Shown in pieces: positions 19,253-29,553 of a DNA stretch of 64,000 nucleotides. Under the pieces are notes generated by a model that saw only the letters and a list, made by a program, of their open reading frames with translations, did no database searches and was not told the DNA's origin. Within the stretch, counting starts at the first letter, position 1, and every line of letters starts with the position of its first letter. This DNA is from a virus: the IMG/VR virus record IMGVR_UViG_3300031707_002715, positions 1 to 64,000 of that record. One strand, 5' to 3'. A program made the position numbers and the translations under genes.

Positions 19253-19923
19253 ATATTTCACTCGGCGAAAGGATTTGGTTTGATCATATGAGGGCAATTG
19301 TACCAGAATATGTAAGATTAATAGGCCGTGTTATTGGTGAAGTGCAGATAACAGATATTAATAAGAGAGTTTTTTATAATAGAATAATTGATATACCTGC
19401 AACTGAAGCTAATAGATCGCAAGATTTATTAAATGCTGTAGCTAAAAAATGGGTCGAAATTGTTCAAGGAAAAGAACATTTAAAAAATTTAACTACTAAT
19501 AACTATTCGTCTGAAATTATTAGGAGTGAGATACCTATTGCACAACAAACTGTGCAACAAAATGTCGATTTGAAAGACATTAAAAATTATATTGATAAGA
19601 CATTACAAACTTCGACGACTGCAATATTAGATCAATTAAAAGTGCTACAGTCAAAAGACAATAATTTTGTCGTGAAGAGTGATATTGATAAAAATACAAT
19701 TGCTGCGATTGTTGAGCAATTGGCTGATAAGATTTCGATTGAAAAACCTGTACAAAAAGACATCATTAAACTCGATAAGCCCGAAGATGTGTTTATAAAT
19801 CTCGATGAAGATAAAGAGTTAAAAACAAATATCAATGAAGACAATTTGGGCATCGTAACGACAAAGGAAGATAAAAAAGCTAAGTCAATTGCAAAAAAAT
19901 TAAAAACAATTAAAGGAGATTAA
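19249..19923 (+). CDS. Hypothetical protein directly upstream of the actin-like gene (possible partner or adaptor)
   Basis: ATGA-coupled; small N-terminal domain, helical middle, basic C-terminus KSIAKKLKTIKGD. Confidence 0.7.
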   Translation: MNISLGERIWFDHMRAIVPEYVRLIGRVIGEVQITDINKRVFYNRIIDIPATEANRSQDLLNAVAKKWVEIVQGKEHLKNLTTNNYSSEIIRSEIPIAQQTVQQNVDLKDIKNYIDKTLQTSTTAILDQLKVLQSKDNNFVVKSDIDKNTIAAIVEQLADKISIEKPVQKDIIKLDKPEDVFINLDEDKELKTNINEDNLGIVTTKEDKKAKSIAKKLKTIKGD

Positions 19924-19926
19924 TAT

Positions 19927-20985
19927 ATGGACATGAAACAACCAAAAAAATTAATAAAAGGAGACAGTGCTATGGAAAAGAATCGCAAACGAGGAATTGG
20001 AGCTGACGTTGGAACTGCATTTATCAATAGCGCGATAATTGACGACAATGGTGATGTTAAAATAAAAACTCAACGTGATGCATTTTTTGATATAGAGAAC
20101 GATAAATTTGCGCGTAATATGCTTAATGCTAATAAAGCGAATTATATTGAGTCTGATGATAGCAAATTATTATATGTTGTCGGTCAAGAAGCTTTAAATT
20201 TCGCTAATGTGTTTAAGAAAGAAATTAGACGGCCATTGCAAAAAGGCGTCATTAGCACTCGCGAACCTGAAGCGCTATTGATGATAAAAACAATTATAAA
20301 GAATGTGCTTGGTAAACCTGCATGTGAAAATGAAATTTGTAAGTTTTCTGTACCGGCAACGCCAATTGATGCAGATTACAATATAATTTATCACGAGAAT
20401 ATACTTAAATCATTTATTGAGTCATTTGGTTTTAAGGCAGAACCAATTAATGAAGCTAGAGCTATTTGTTATTCTGAACTCGATGAAGAACAATTCACAG
20501 GTCTTTCATTAAGCTTCGGGGCCGGAATGGTTAACGTGTGCTGTACATATATGGGAGCTGTGTCAATTGAATTTTCAGTATCTAGAAGTGGTGATTGGAT
20601 TGATGATAGTGCTGCACAAGCTATTGGTGAAAGAACTGCAAAAATGACAGCGATTAAAGAAGCTGGTATAGATTTATTGATGCCGAAAGATCGTTATGAA
20701 GAATCTATAAGTATATTTTATAGAAATTTCATTGCGTACGTAGTTAAATGTTTTGAGAAGAAATTAGCTGAAACAGTAAATGTGCCTGAATTTCCACAAC
20801 CAATTCCCATAATTTTAGCCGGTGGAACATCGTTGGCAAAGTCATTTGATAAGGTGTTTAAACAGGAAATTGAAAAGATAAAGTTACCGTTTGCAGTAAA
20901 AGAAGTTAGATTAGCAGAAGATCAAATGTTTGCCGTCGTAAAAGGCTGCTTATATGCATCAATGTCAGAATATGATGAGGAATAA
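19927..20985 (+). CDS. Actin-fold ATPase (MreB/MamK/ParM-like superfamily); alternative start at 19972
   Basis: Phosphate-1 GIGADVGTAF; VVGQEA...RRPLQKG; FSVPA; connect-1 INEARA; phosphate-2 SLSFGAGMVN; SGDWID; adenosine IILAGGTS; connect-2 AVVKGC. Confidence 0.9.
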   Translation: MDMKQPKKLIKGDSAMEKNRKRGIGADVGTAFINSAIIDDNGDVKIKTQRDAFFDIENDKFARNMLNANKANYIESDDSKLLYVVGQEALNFANVFKKEIRRPLQKGVISTREPEALLMIKTIIKNVLGKPACENEICKFSVPATPIDADYNIIYHENILKSFIESFGFKAEPINEARAICYSELDEEQFTGLSLSFGAGMVNVCCTYMGAVSIEFSVSRSGDWIDDSAAQAIGERTAKMTAIKEAGIDLLMPKDRYEESISIFYRNFIAYVVKCFEKKLAETVNVPEFPQPIPIILAGGTSLAKSFDKVFKQEIEKIKLPFAVKEVRLAEDQMFAVVKGCLYASMSEYDEE

Positions 20986-21001
20986 AACAAAGGAGGATAG
21001 A

Positions 21002-21307
21002 ATGAATTTGACAGAAAAAGTGGTTGATCGTATTGTAAAAGAGGCTTGTATTACTAAGCAAGCAAAAATGTTCGATGTCGGTGATGTTGTCACTTTAGTT
21101 GATCAAGTTCAAGGTTTGAATAAAGGTTCATTATATAAAGTAACAAAAAATTCAAATCCTGATATGATATCTATCGCTGATTATAATCCCGAAAAAGTTG
21201 GCGTTGAACTTGGTAAAGGTAATACTGCTGAATATCAAGGTGAAATGGGAGATGAAATTGGAGAATACAGGGTCGATCATTTTGTACGTTATAACAATGA
21301 GCAATAA
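21002..21307 (+). CDS. Hypothetical protein with a small SH3/KOW-like beta domain; start revised from 20954
   Basis: Strong RBS aaggagg before ATG 21002 (MNLTEKVVDRIVKEA); FDVGDVVTL...YKV. Confidence 0.65.
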   Translation: MNLTEKVVDRIVKEACITKQAKMFDVGDVVTLVDQVQGLNKGSLYKVTKNSNPDMISIADYNPEKVGVELGKGNTAEYQGEMGDEIGEYRVDHFVRYNNEQ

Positions 21308-21309
21308 TA

Positions 21310-22515
21310 ATGTTCTATCGTATCACGAATGTCACAAAGAAAATTATAATTCAAGAGCTCCAGGCACTGTTTATTGACCATCCTATATTTGGTGATAATA
21401 ATCTAGTGATAACTAATAAGTTCCAGTTTCCTGAAAAACCGAAATATGCTATTGTTGTAAAAGCTGCGAGTGCTGATTCAATTAAGTTATCTCTAGATAA
21501 TTTTAAAGGTACGATTTCTTCTTATACGACATTGGCTAATTTAAAGGGCCAGCCTGGTAGGATGATTGAATGGGTTCGGGAAGATGTTAACAATATAAAA
21601 AATGTAGTTAAACCTGGTTTTTATGTAGTCGAAATGATTGATGATGAAAAGTTCATTGTAAAGCCTTATTTAACAGTGGCAGATGAAGTTTTAGAAATTG
21701 AAACTAGTGGATTTAAACACGCATTTTTAAAATATAAAAATATAAACCCTGGTAGTGAATGTATAATAAGCGAAACTGCTAGAAAATTACCGAGAGACGA
21801 TTATTATACTATCGATTATGCGAATGGCGAGGTTACTTTTTTAAAATCGATTGATGATTTTGGTCAATTGACTGTAGATTATCAATACATTGTTGATCAA
21901 TCAGAACAGTTTGATATCAAACCAGAAACTGCGAACAATACAGCTATTCCTGGTGTAGTAATGGCATTTGGTAACTTTATAAAAAAAGGCGGAATACAGG
22001 TCGTAGTCGTATATCCTTCAAGGCAAGAAGTCGCAAAATCATATCTCGGTAAGTGGAAACTTACAATAAATTTGTCGATTGTTGCCCAAGACACAGATAC
22101 TCAAGAACAATTAGCTGATTTGGCAGCAATGTATTTATGGTCTGTGTTGCAAGACAAATTGGTCGATGATGGTATTTATATTGGTGATTTTAGCTTGGGA
22201 GGAGAGTCAGAAGAAGAGGAAGTTAAGACGTCAAATGAATTAGCATTTTTAGCTGATTTATCTTTTTCAGTGGAAGTTGAATGGGAAGCATTTCAACCAA
22301 TTTTAGGAGTGATAAAGCAAGTGTTTTTAAATAGAGTAGAAGACTTTGGAAAATATGACGATCCTGAGTTTGGTATAAGATCAACAAGATCATTTACAGT
22401 CGCACAACGAGGCGTAGATTATAAAGTCGGTTTACAACCAGTTGAATCTTTAACTCCCGTTTTAATTCGACCTGTCCAACGTTATACTCTTATCGGTTCA
22501 CGAACTCAAGTTTAA
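21310..22515 (+). CDS. Putative tail terminator / tail completion protein with an inserted beta-module
   Basis: KFQFPEKPKYAIVVK...WKLTINLSIVAQD...EQLADL...LSFSVEVEW resembles terminator folds; insert DYYTIDYANGEVTF...LTVDYQY. Confidence 0.55.
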   Translation: MFYRITNVTKKIIIQELQALFIDHPIFGDNNLVITNKFQFPEKPKYAIVVKAASADSIKLSLDNFKGTISSYTTLANLKGQPGRMIEWVREDVNNIKNVVKPGFYVVEMIDDEKFIVKPYLTVADEVLEIETSGFKHAFLKYKNINPGSECIISETARKLPRDDYYTIDYANGEVTFLKSIDDFGQLTVDYQYIVDQSEQFDIKPETANNTAIPGVVMAFGNFIKKGGIQVVVVYPSRQEVAKSYLGKWKLTINLSIVAQDTDTQEQLADLAAMYLWSVLQDKLVDDGIYIGDFSLGGESEEEEVKTSNELAFLADLSFSVEVEWEAFQPILGVIKQVFLNRVEDFGKYDDPEFGIRSTRSFTVAQRGVDYKVGLQPVESLTPVLIRPVQRYTLIGSRTQV

Positions 22516-22527
22516 TGGGACATTATT

Positions 22528-22680
22528 ATGAACGATGAAAAAATTATAGACGATGTCGTTAAAAACACTATTGAAAGTCATCCATCAAAAAAAGAAGAAA
22601 AAGGTATTTATTATGACTTTCAAAACACATTGTCAGATCAACAGAAATATAATGACCCTATTAAGCAACGAGAACAATAA
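22528..22680 (+). CDS. Small hypothetical protein (50 aa, below the ORF-track cutoff): MNDEKIIDDVVKNTIESHPSKKEEKGIYYDFQNTLSDQQKYNDPIKQREQ
   Basis: Translated by hand; ggga RBS-like sequence upstream; fills the gap after 22515. Confidence 0.55.
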   Translation: MNDEKIIDDVVKNTIESHPSKKEEKGIYYDFQNTLSDQQKYNDPIKQREQ

Positions 22681-22753
22681 TACTTTTCTTATTGATTGAT
22701 TTTTCTTGTAATTCTAACATTACGATTGTTAATGGAACAATAGGAGGATTTCT

Positions 22754-25700
22754 GTGAGCAATCCTGCAGTTGCATATGTTGGCGATTATTCGTTTTCATT
22801 GTCTGATTTAGATGATAATGGTCGTAAAAGATATGTCATGGCTGTCCAAAGAGGAAAGCCAGTTCTTGATAAAGAATTGACAGAGACGGCGTACCGTGGT
22901 CTCGAGTTTGTTAGACGATATTTAGAAAGAAATATCGGTGATTGTGCACTCGGTGCTAATTCATTTAAAATAATGGAAAATGTCGCTGATAATTCGAGCA
23001 ATTTTAAAGTTTTAGGTGGAACGTCTGATAAACCTGCAGTTTTAGTACTTAAGGGATTTCCATTAGTATTGTTTGGTGATATTACTTATAAACAACAAGG
23101 GTCTGGTGGATCGTTAACTGATGATTATTTTACTAATACGACTATACCGGCCATAAGCGTACCGGTTGCACCAAGAGTAGACACTGTTTACATCGACATG
23201 TATTTAGCTGAAGTCAGCAGTGAACCTGGCAGCGAATATCAAGACTCTTCAATAAAAGATCCATCGCTTGCTATACAATCTGCAAATAGATTTAGAATAG
23301 TTCAAGACTTTTTAGTTGCAGAAGGCACAACTTCTATACCGGCCGACGGACTAGATGCTAATAATGTTTATCATCGATATATTAAACTTGCAGAAATTCA
23401 GCGTCGAACAAGCGATCCCCAAATTTTGCAAGCAGACATCACAGATAAACGATTACCAATAATAAGTCCTGACGGTGGGACTACAATATATCAACAAGGC
23501 GTATCGACATTAGAATCATTATCGAATGGCACGGGAAACCTCGACGTTGACAATGTTGTTATAGAAGACGATTTGACAGTTCACGGCACTGTCACTATTA
23601 TAGATCAGACACACGTACACCAAGAGAAATTAACTATTACATGCGACACTGCAAGTACAGATGCAGTTACAATTAATAAATCACTTTCAGGTGACGGAAT
23701 CGTAATAAACAAATCTAGTGGAACAGGATATGCAATACACGTCACAGCTGGTACATCAAAATTATCATCATTATCAGTGAACAGCGTTGATGTTGATGAA
23801 TTTTCTAATGATGGCACATTGGCAGGTAATTCAGATCTAGCTGTACCGACTGAAAAAGCTGTAAAAACATACGTTGATTATACAAGCGGTGGTGGTTTTG
23901 GGACAACAAATCAAATTGCAAGATTTGTAAGTCCCACTGTTATTCGCAATTCAAATTTAAATGATGACAATGTGCGACTATTGATTAATTTAGTAACTGT
24001 ATTTCAAGATACTTCTTTAGGTTCTATAGGTGGACAAGGTTATTATGTAAGAAATGTAAATTTAAATGGTTTCACATATCTTAGAGCAGAAGGTCCTTTT
24101 CCTAGCAGTGGATTATCTTTAAATGCATATCTTGATTTTACTGCCGGTGCAGTTTTTGGGATAACTAAAGCTAGAACAAATCACTTGTTATCAACTAATG
24201 ATGCTAATGCATTATTTATTGAACAACAATCTAACAAACCAATTTATATCGGCAATAACGGCATTTGTGCGATAACAGTCAATAGTGTTGGTCATGTTGG
24301 TATTGGCGGCACATTCGTACCTTATCCATTTTGTTCGTTTGTCCAGTCTTATTTTGGCAGTAATGTTGGTATAATGGTTACACCGACTGTCGGTTTAAGT
24401 TTAAATGTTTATGGAATGTCGTTCTTTTCAAGTGTACTAAGTGGCGGTGTTTCTCTTAGCGATAATACTCGTGCGAGTCAAATAGTTACTCATGCGACAG
24501 CAACTGCTGATCCTGGTAAATTTCATTGGTCATTAGGCGTCGGTTCAACTGTTAGTGACTTAAGGTGGAGGATTGGTTTAATAAATACTGATAGCGGTAA
24601 TGCTGGATCAGACTTAATTATTAACAGACGAAATTCTGGAAATGATGTAAAAACGCTCATCATTAAACGTGATACAGGATGTGTCGGTATTGGCACGACT
24701 GATAATGCAGGCAGCCCATTTACTTCCACATTAACACTGTTTAACAGTAGCAATAACACATTACAACTCATAGGAACAGGACCGTACAATTCTTATGGAA
24801 CTATATATTGGAGCGATGCGAACACTTATTTACAAGAATACAGTTATAGTAGATTAAAATTCGCTGCATATTATGGCATGTTTTTTGATACTTATATTGG
24901 CATAAACACAGAATCTGATATAAATTATAGATTAAAAGTTAACAGTAATGCATATTTCACAGATGATACTTATATTGGTGTTAAAATAAATGACGTCGAC
25001 ACGATCAGTACAATTGTGACTGAAAATGTGGCTGGCAGTGATTCTAACGATTATGTCAACGCGGCTTCTATTGATGTTTTAAACGATTTAATACCTGTCG
25101 TTAACGTTTATGAATATGGTGAAACAGTTAGAATACATGCACCCTATGGAGGAAATTTACCGAGTCCATTGGTTGAAGGCGTTGATTATTATGTCTTGGC
25201 AATTAGTCCTGGATGGATAGCACTTGCATTAACAAAATATAATGCTATACATTCTATATACATCGATATAACGGATCAAGGTACTGGCGTTGCATATGAT
25301 GTTCTTCGTCGTAAACACGTTAAGCATTTTACATTATCATCAGGTTTTGGTACATCTGCTGTAAGGTGGACAATTGGTTTATTAAGCACAGAAGAAGGAT
25401 CTGATACTGGATCAGATTTATGCATTAGACATTATGATGACACCGGTAATATAAAAAGTAGAGTAATGCCACCGATTACAATTAAACGAAGTGTTAATTG
25501 GATTGGTATTTATAATGCTGATCCTGAATATTTAGTAGATATTGGTGATCCTTATTCAGATCAATGGTCAAGAATTTCAGGCAATTTATATGTGGGTAGT
25601 TTATATCCCACTACATCAGCTATTGGATTGCCTACGATTGGTGACGCTGCACGATTTTTTAATTCTGGATATATAACAGATATGGCGATCGCCAATATTC

Positions 25701-27526
25701 GTGGTAAATTTATATCTGAAGGTGGAAATAATAATCTTACTGTAAATGTGCAAAACGGACAATTTGTAACGGTTTCAGCTGGTCCCGGCACGATTTTTGG
25801 CGGTGGTGCACATTGGCAATTGTGGACAGATTTTTATCCTTCTAATTTAAGATGGGGATTTAATTTAATTAATTCTGAATCGGGAGCAAATACAGGCAGC
25901 GATTTGTATTTATTATGTTATGATGACGCTGGTGCTATTTTAAATGTAGCAATTCGTTTTAAAAGATCAACCGGTTATGTTGGTATAGCAATAACAACTG
26001 ATCCTTTTTATGCCCTTGATGTCGGGGCGTCAGTAAGATTTCAAGCAACAGCATATGTTGGCAGCTTACAAAGATCGACTGCAAGTTCATCAATCGGAAC
26101 TCAGGCTTCGCCATTTTTTAATGCATACGTAAGCAGTATTTATACTAGTACACTTCATGCAGACACTTTAATGCCTCGAACGCCGGCAGAGGGTGGCAGC
26201 AATAGATTAGTGTTAAACATGGCTGCCGGTGGTGAATTTGCAACTTATATACCGACTGCTGGTACAGCGATTATGTCTCATTGGCATTTGGCTACGACCG
26301 CTCTTATATCTGGTCGACGGTGGTCGTGGGGGATGCATAATAATGAAACGGGCGGTGGCAGTGGTTACGGTGGCAGCGACTTAGTACTTAATCGAAGTAA
26401 TAATTCTGGTATAACAGATAGCACGCCGATAATAGAATGTAATAGAAGCACAGGCGTAGTATCAATTAATGATATTAGGACACGTAATTTTCCGGAAGGA
26501 TATATTGATGGTTTGGAAATGAGTTGGCAATTAGTTGGCGGCGATATTTATACAATTTACTTCTCTTCAGGTGTGGCTGCTATTAATCTTAATGCTAGTA
26601 ATAGAATGATAAAAAGTTCAGGTTGTTCTAAACGTGTGCTTAATATGGGATCATTTGTTCCCTGGGTTGCCGGCAATAATAATGGTGGTGTAGCATCTAC
26701 AGTTCTTAATTTGCCACCATTGTCTATCACGGGCACTGAAATTGCGACTGCAGATTTTACGCCATTGAATCCTGCAGATTTAACTAATATTATGGAGGGC
26801 GATATTTTTCAATGCTATTTTCCTGGTAATAGCAATTTTGGTATTACAGGGGCTGCAAAGGTGCTATCAAAAACAGGCACGACTGTTACATTTGATAATC
26901 CTTTTTTAGCAGCTGGTGCATTGTCTATAGTTTTTGTTGGTCGGTGGCTACATGCATTTGCAGTGACAAATATAGATGACATAAATTCGTGCGATTTTGG
27001 ATTTGATACGTCTTTTTATGGTTCAAATTTACTGGCAATGACATCACCAATGTCAGCTGCACGACGAGTTGGATCTATTTTAGTAATGCGAGATTTTTCG
27101 ACGATGACGCCGCTTATAAGACCATTCACTCAACAAAGTGATTATTTTATATTTGCACAATCAACGAATATTAATTACAATTTACATTGGTTTAATGTAC
27201 AGACTCCTGCATTACAATCACAATATTCTGTTAGATTACTTACACCACCAGAAGTTAATTGCAAGGCTAAATTTATTATTAATATTCATAATGCGTCTGC
27301 GTCAACTGTTAGATATTTAGTCACTGACGGTAATGCGACTGTACCGACAATGCCAGTAGCAACATATATTTATGTGCCTGCTTTTATAGGTGAGCACACG
27401 ACGATTTATGAAGTAGGCACAAGCACGAATTCAAAGTTTTATATGTCATTTCTCAACGGTGGTACAGTATCGTGGCAAATGGGTTCAATGCAATTGGGTT
27501 ACACAGATTTTAGAGGTAAAAGATGA
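22754..27526 (+). CDS. Long tail fibre / receptor-binding protein
   Basis: RBS aggagg before GTG; N-terminal QRGKPVLDKELTE and RVDTVYID (baseplate-anchoring type); AVPTEKAVKTYVD; GxVGIG shaft repeats; four RWxxG..E.G.N.GSDL repeats. Confidence 0.8.
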   Translation: MSNPAVAYVGDYSFSLSDLDDNGRKRYVMAVQRGKPVLDKELTETAYRGLEFVRRYLERNIGDCALGANSFKIMENVADNSSNFKVLGGTSDKPAVLVLKGFPLVLFGDITYKQQGSGGSLTDDYFTNTTIPAISVPVAPRVDTVYIDMYLAEVSSEPGSEYQDSSIKDPSLAIQSANRFRIVQDFLVAEGTTSIPADGLDANNVYHRYIKLAEIQRRTSDPQILQADITDKRLPIISPDGGTTIYQQGVSTLESLSNGTGNLDVDNVVIEDDLTVHGTVTIIDQTHVHQEKLTITCDTASTDAVTINKSLSGDGIVINKSSGTGYAIHVTAGTSKLSSLSVNSVDVDEFSNDGTLAGNSDLAVPTEKAVKTYVDYTSGGGFGTTNQIARFVSPTVIRNSNLNDDNVRLLINLVTVFQDTSLGSIGGQGYYVRNVNLNGFTYLRAEGPFPSSGLSLNAYLDFTAGAVFGITKARTNHLLSTNDANALFIEQQSNKPIYIGNNGICAITVNSVGHVGIGGTFVPYPFCSFVQSYFGSNVGIMVTPTVGLSLNVYGMSFFSSVLSGGVSLSDNTRASQIVTHATATADPGKFHWSLGVGSTVSDLRWRIGLINTDSGNAGSDLIINRRNSGNDVKTLIIKRDTGCVGIGTTDNAGSPFTSTLTLFNSSNNTLQLIGTGPYNSYGTIYWSDANTYLQEYSYSRLKFAAYYGMFFDTYIGINTESDINYRLKVNSNAYFTDDTYIGVKINDVDTISTIVTENVAGSDSNDYVNAASIDVLNDLIPVVNVYEYGETVRIHAPYGGNLPSPLVEGVDYYVLAISPGWIALALTKYNAIHSIYIDITDQGTGVAYDVLRRKHVKHFTLSSGFGTSAVRWTIGLLSTEEGSDTGSDLCIRHYDDTGNIKSRVMPPITIKRSVNWIGIYNADPEYLVDIGDPYSDQWSRISGNLYVGSLYPTTSAIGLPTIGDAARFFNSGYITDMAIANIRGKFISEGGNNNLTVNVQNGQFVTVSAGPGTIFGGGAHWQLWTDFYPSNLRWGFNLINSESGANTGSDLYLLCYDDAGAILNVAIRFKRSTGYVGIAITTDPFYALDVGASVRFQATAYVGSLQRSTASSSIGTQASPFFNAYVSSIYTSTLHADTLMPRTPAEGGSNRLVLNMAAGGEFATYIPTAGTAIMSHWHLATTALISGRRWSWGMHNNETGGGSGYGGSDLVLNRSNNSGITDSTPIIECNRSTGVVSINDIRTRNFPEGYIDGLEMSWQLVGGDIYTIYFSSGVAAINLNASNRMIKSSGCSKRVLNMGSFVPWVAGNNNGGVASTVLNLPPLSITGTEIATADFTPLNPADLTNIMEGDIFQCYFPGNSNFGITGAAKVLSKTGTTVTFDNPFLAAGALSIVFVGRWLHAFAVTNIDDINSCDFGFDTSFYGSNLLAMTSPMSAARRVGSILVMRDFSTMTPLIRPFTQQSDYFIFAQSTNINYNLHWFNVQTPALQSQYSVRLLTPPEVNCKAKFIINIHNASASTVRYLVTDGNATVPTMPVATYIYVPAFIGEHTTIYEVGTSTNSKFYMSFLNGGTVSWQMGSMQLGYTDFRGKR

Positions 27527-27786
27527 GATCAAAATTAACATGTTTACAAAAAAATTCGTTTTCGAAAAATGTTTCAATAGTTAGAAATAAAGATAAAAAT
27601 TTTAAAAATAAAAATGAATTAGTTGAATTTATACAAAATATAAAAATAGCTAGCACTGATGTATACACAGTTGACTTGTATATAAAGTGTGCATGCGGTA
27701 AAGAACATATATTCAAATCTGTAAATGAACTGTCAGCTTCAAATTTGGTATGCAATTGCGGGCAAATGATTATTGAATATAAATGA
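27523..27786 (+). CDS. Small zinc-ribbon protein
   Basis: CACGKEH...VCNCG; ATGA overlap with the fibre gene. Confidence 0.65.
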   Translation: MRSKLTCLQKNSFSKNVSIVRNKDKNFKNKNELVEFIQNIKIASTDVYTVDLYIKCACGKEHIFKSVNELSASNLVCNCGQMIIEYK

Positions 27787-27813
27787 CGTCATAATGTGGC
27801 TGCTAACGTTATT

Positions 27814-27846
27814 AAAAAAGCTGTTGAGAAAATCAACAGCTTTTTT
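27814..27846. terminator. Bidirectional intrinsic terminator between convergent genes
   Basis: Perfect inverted repeat aaaaaagctgttga-gaaaa-tcaacagctttttt, giving a U-tract on both strands. Confidence 0.9.
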
Positions 27847-27852
27847 ATTGTT

Positions 27853-29553
27853 TTATTGTCGATAATCTGGTCGAGCAATAATCGATGAGAATGAATAATT
27901 AAGACTATCTTGTGAAACGTTAATTGATACAGAATCATTATTAATTGACATTGTTTTAATGATGCTAGTGTTAGTGTCAAGTTTACTAATAGTAGTTATT
28001 AATCCTGATGTAATAGTCGGAGTCAATGAATCAATTGCTCCGTTAATCATTTTGTGATATTTATGAACTACATCAGTAAATGTTGATGTAATTGTTATTG
28101 TATCATTCATATTAATATACTTACCAGTCTGGGTGCCATTTAAAATTATCGTCGTGTCTGAATCATTCAATTGAAAAGTCGCTGTTAAATCATAATTAAG
28201 TCTTATGCATTCGATTACATCAAATTGTCGACCGTTACTGGCAATTGCTTTCTTTTCCTTAATAGCTTGACTCTTGTAAATGCCAGATGTCGGTAAATAT
28301 TTTGGACCAATGCTGTTCTGATAGGGAATATAGATATTCCCGCTTTCATGAAGAAATTTATGAGCTTCAACAGTGTCTATAAATATAATAGTATCATAAG
28401 TCGAATTTGAATCAAATAAAGTCGATGAATTGGTTTTAAAAGCGTATATTGGAATTGGAAATGAATCATAATTCTGCCAAGTGCAAAATATATTACTATG
28501 AATAATCAATTCATAATTGTGATCGATTCTTGTCAGGAAAGAAAGAAGCAGATTTGTGAACGTTGAATCGTAAATTGCAGCAGTATCAACAATTACTTGC
28601 TTTTCAGATAAGGTAAATAGCGCGCCAATTTCTGGTTCATTAATTTGATTGACAGTAATTGTACCGACATCGACGTTGCCATATCGATTTGAGAAGCTGT
28701 ATTGATTGCTGCAGCCGATGTAATTGGTATCAGTGTTATTGAACACTTTTACGTATAATGAATATTTTTTTGACAGGTCAGATGCAAAATATGCGAAAGT
28801 GCTAAATCGAATTGTTCCGTTCACTTCCATTGATTCGAGGCTCAATACTTGCTGATTTGTAGGATGATCTGATTCCCACAACACAGCTTCTACTTTACCA
28901 ATATTAGTCATTTGCACGTGACCAAATATTTCTCGTTGAATGATGAATGTTGTCGGTAAAGTATCAATTAACGATGAAATTTGAATGTCATCTATGACGA
29001 TACTATCTTTTGAAATTTGCAATGTGTCTGCATCAATCAATGTTTTTGCTAAAGCAAAATATGACTGACAGTTAGTTAAATTGATTTTAGTCGATTGTGT
29101 ATTAATGATTTTGCTTTGGTAAAAAGAATTGTCAATTTGCACTTTGAGAATATAACAAGCAGAAGACAATTTAGGATAAGATATCAAATTACTTCCGGCA
29201 GGTAAAGATTTATTGATTGACATTACGCTTTTACCATTTAAGGAATAAATGTTAAATTGTACTTTTGCCGGTTTTACGAGGTTAAAGTTTAAGAACGATT
29301 CTGTTATTTGCACCGATAAGACGTCTAATTGATGCGTTGGTAAGTTATAAATAACGGGCAGCTTTGTACCTTGCAAATGGTACGAACCGTCCGACGTCGT
29401 TGTAGACTTAAGTTGTGTATGCAGCAATTGAACTACGGCATTTACAACAGGACTACCATTGTTATTCACGATTTTGCCCGACAAATCTACAGGTTGATTT
29501 GCCATTGCAAGACCGACAATAAGACACACGAGAAGCATCGACCAACGAATCAT
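27853..29553 (-). CDS. Secreted protein (moron): signal peptide, carboxypeptidase-regulatory-like beta domain, internal T9SS-sorting-like domain
   Basis: MIRWSMLLVCLIVGLAMA signal; LSGKIVNNNGSPVVNAVVQL...TTSDGSYHL; FNIYSLNGK...L.AG...LSSACYILKV; RBS ggagg on the minus strand; only long minus-strand gene. Confidence 0.8.
   Translation of the reverse strand: MIRWSMLLVCLIVGLAMANQPVDLSGKIVNNNGSPVVNAVVQLLHTQLKSTTTSDGSYHLQGTKLPVIYNLPTHQLDVLSVQITESFLNFNLVKPAKVQFNIYSLNGKSVMSINKSLPAGSNLISYPKLSSACYILKVQIDNSFYQSKIINTQSTKINLTNCQSYFALAKTLIDADTLQISKDSIVIDDIQISSLIDTLPTTFIIQREIFGHVQMTNIGKVEAVLWESDHPTNQQVLSLESMEVNGTIRFSTFAYFASDLSKKYSLYVKVFNNTDTNYIGCSNQYSFSNRYGNVDVGTITVNQINEPEIGALFTLSEKQVIVDTAAIYDSTFTNLLLSFLTRIDHNYELIIHSNIFCTWQNYDSFPIPIYAFKTNSSTLFDSNSTYDTIIFIDTVEAHKFLHESGNIYIPYQNSIGPKYLPTSGIYKSQAIKEKKAIASNGRQFDVIECIRLNYDLTATFQLNDSDTTIILNGTQTGKYINMNDTITITSTFTDVVHKYHKMINGAIDSLTPTITSGLITTISKLDTNTSIIKTMSINNDSVSINVSQDSLNYSFSSIIARPDYRQ

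Noticed and set aside
19249-21307. Classical ParMRC partition cassette
   Set aside because: No parC-like iterated repeats or clear ribbon-helix-helix ParR were seen, and the context is virion assembly rather than replication
22754-27526. Diversity-generating retroelement or invertible cassette acting on the tail fibre
   Set aside because: No reverse transcriptase, invertase or near-identical TR/VR nucleotide pair was seen; the fibre repeats are diverged protein-level repeats
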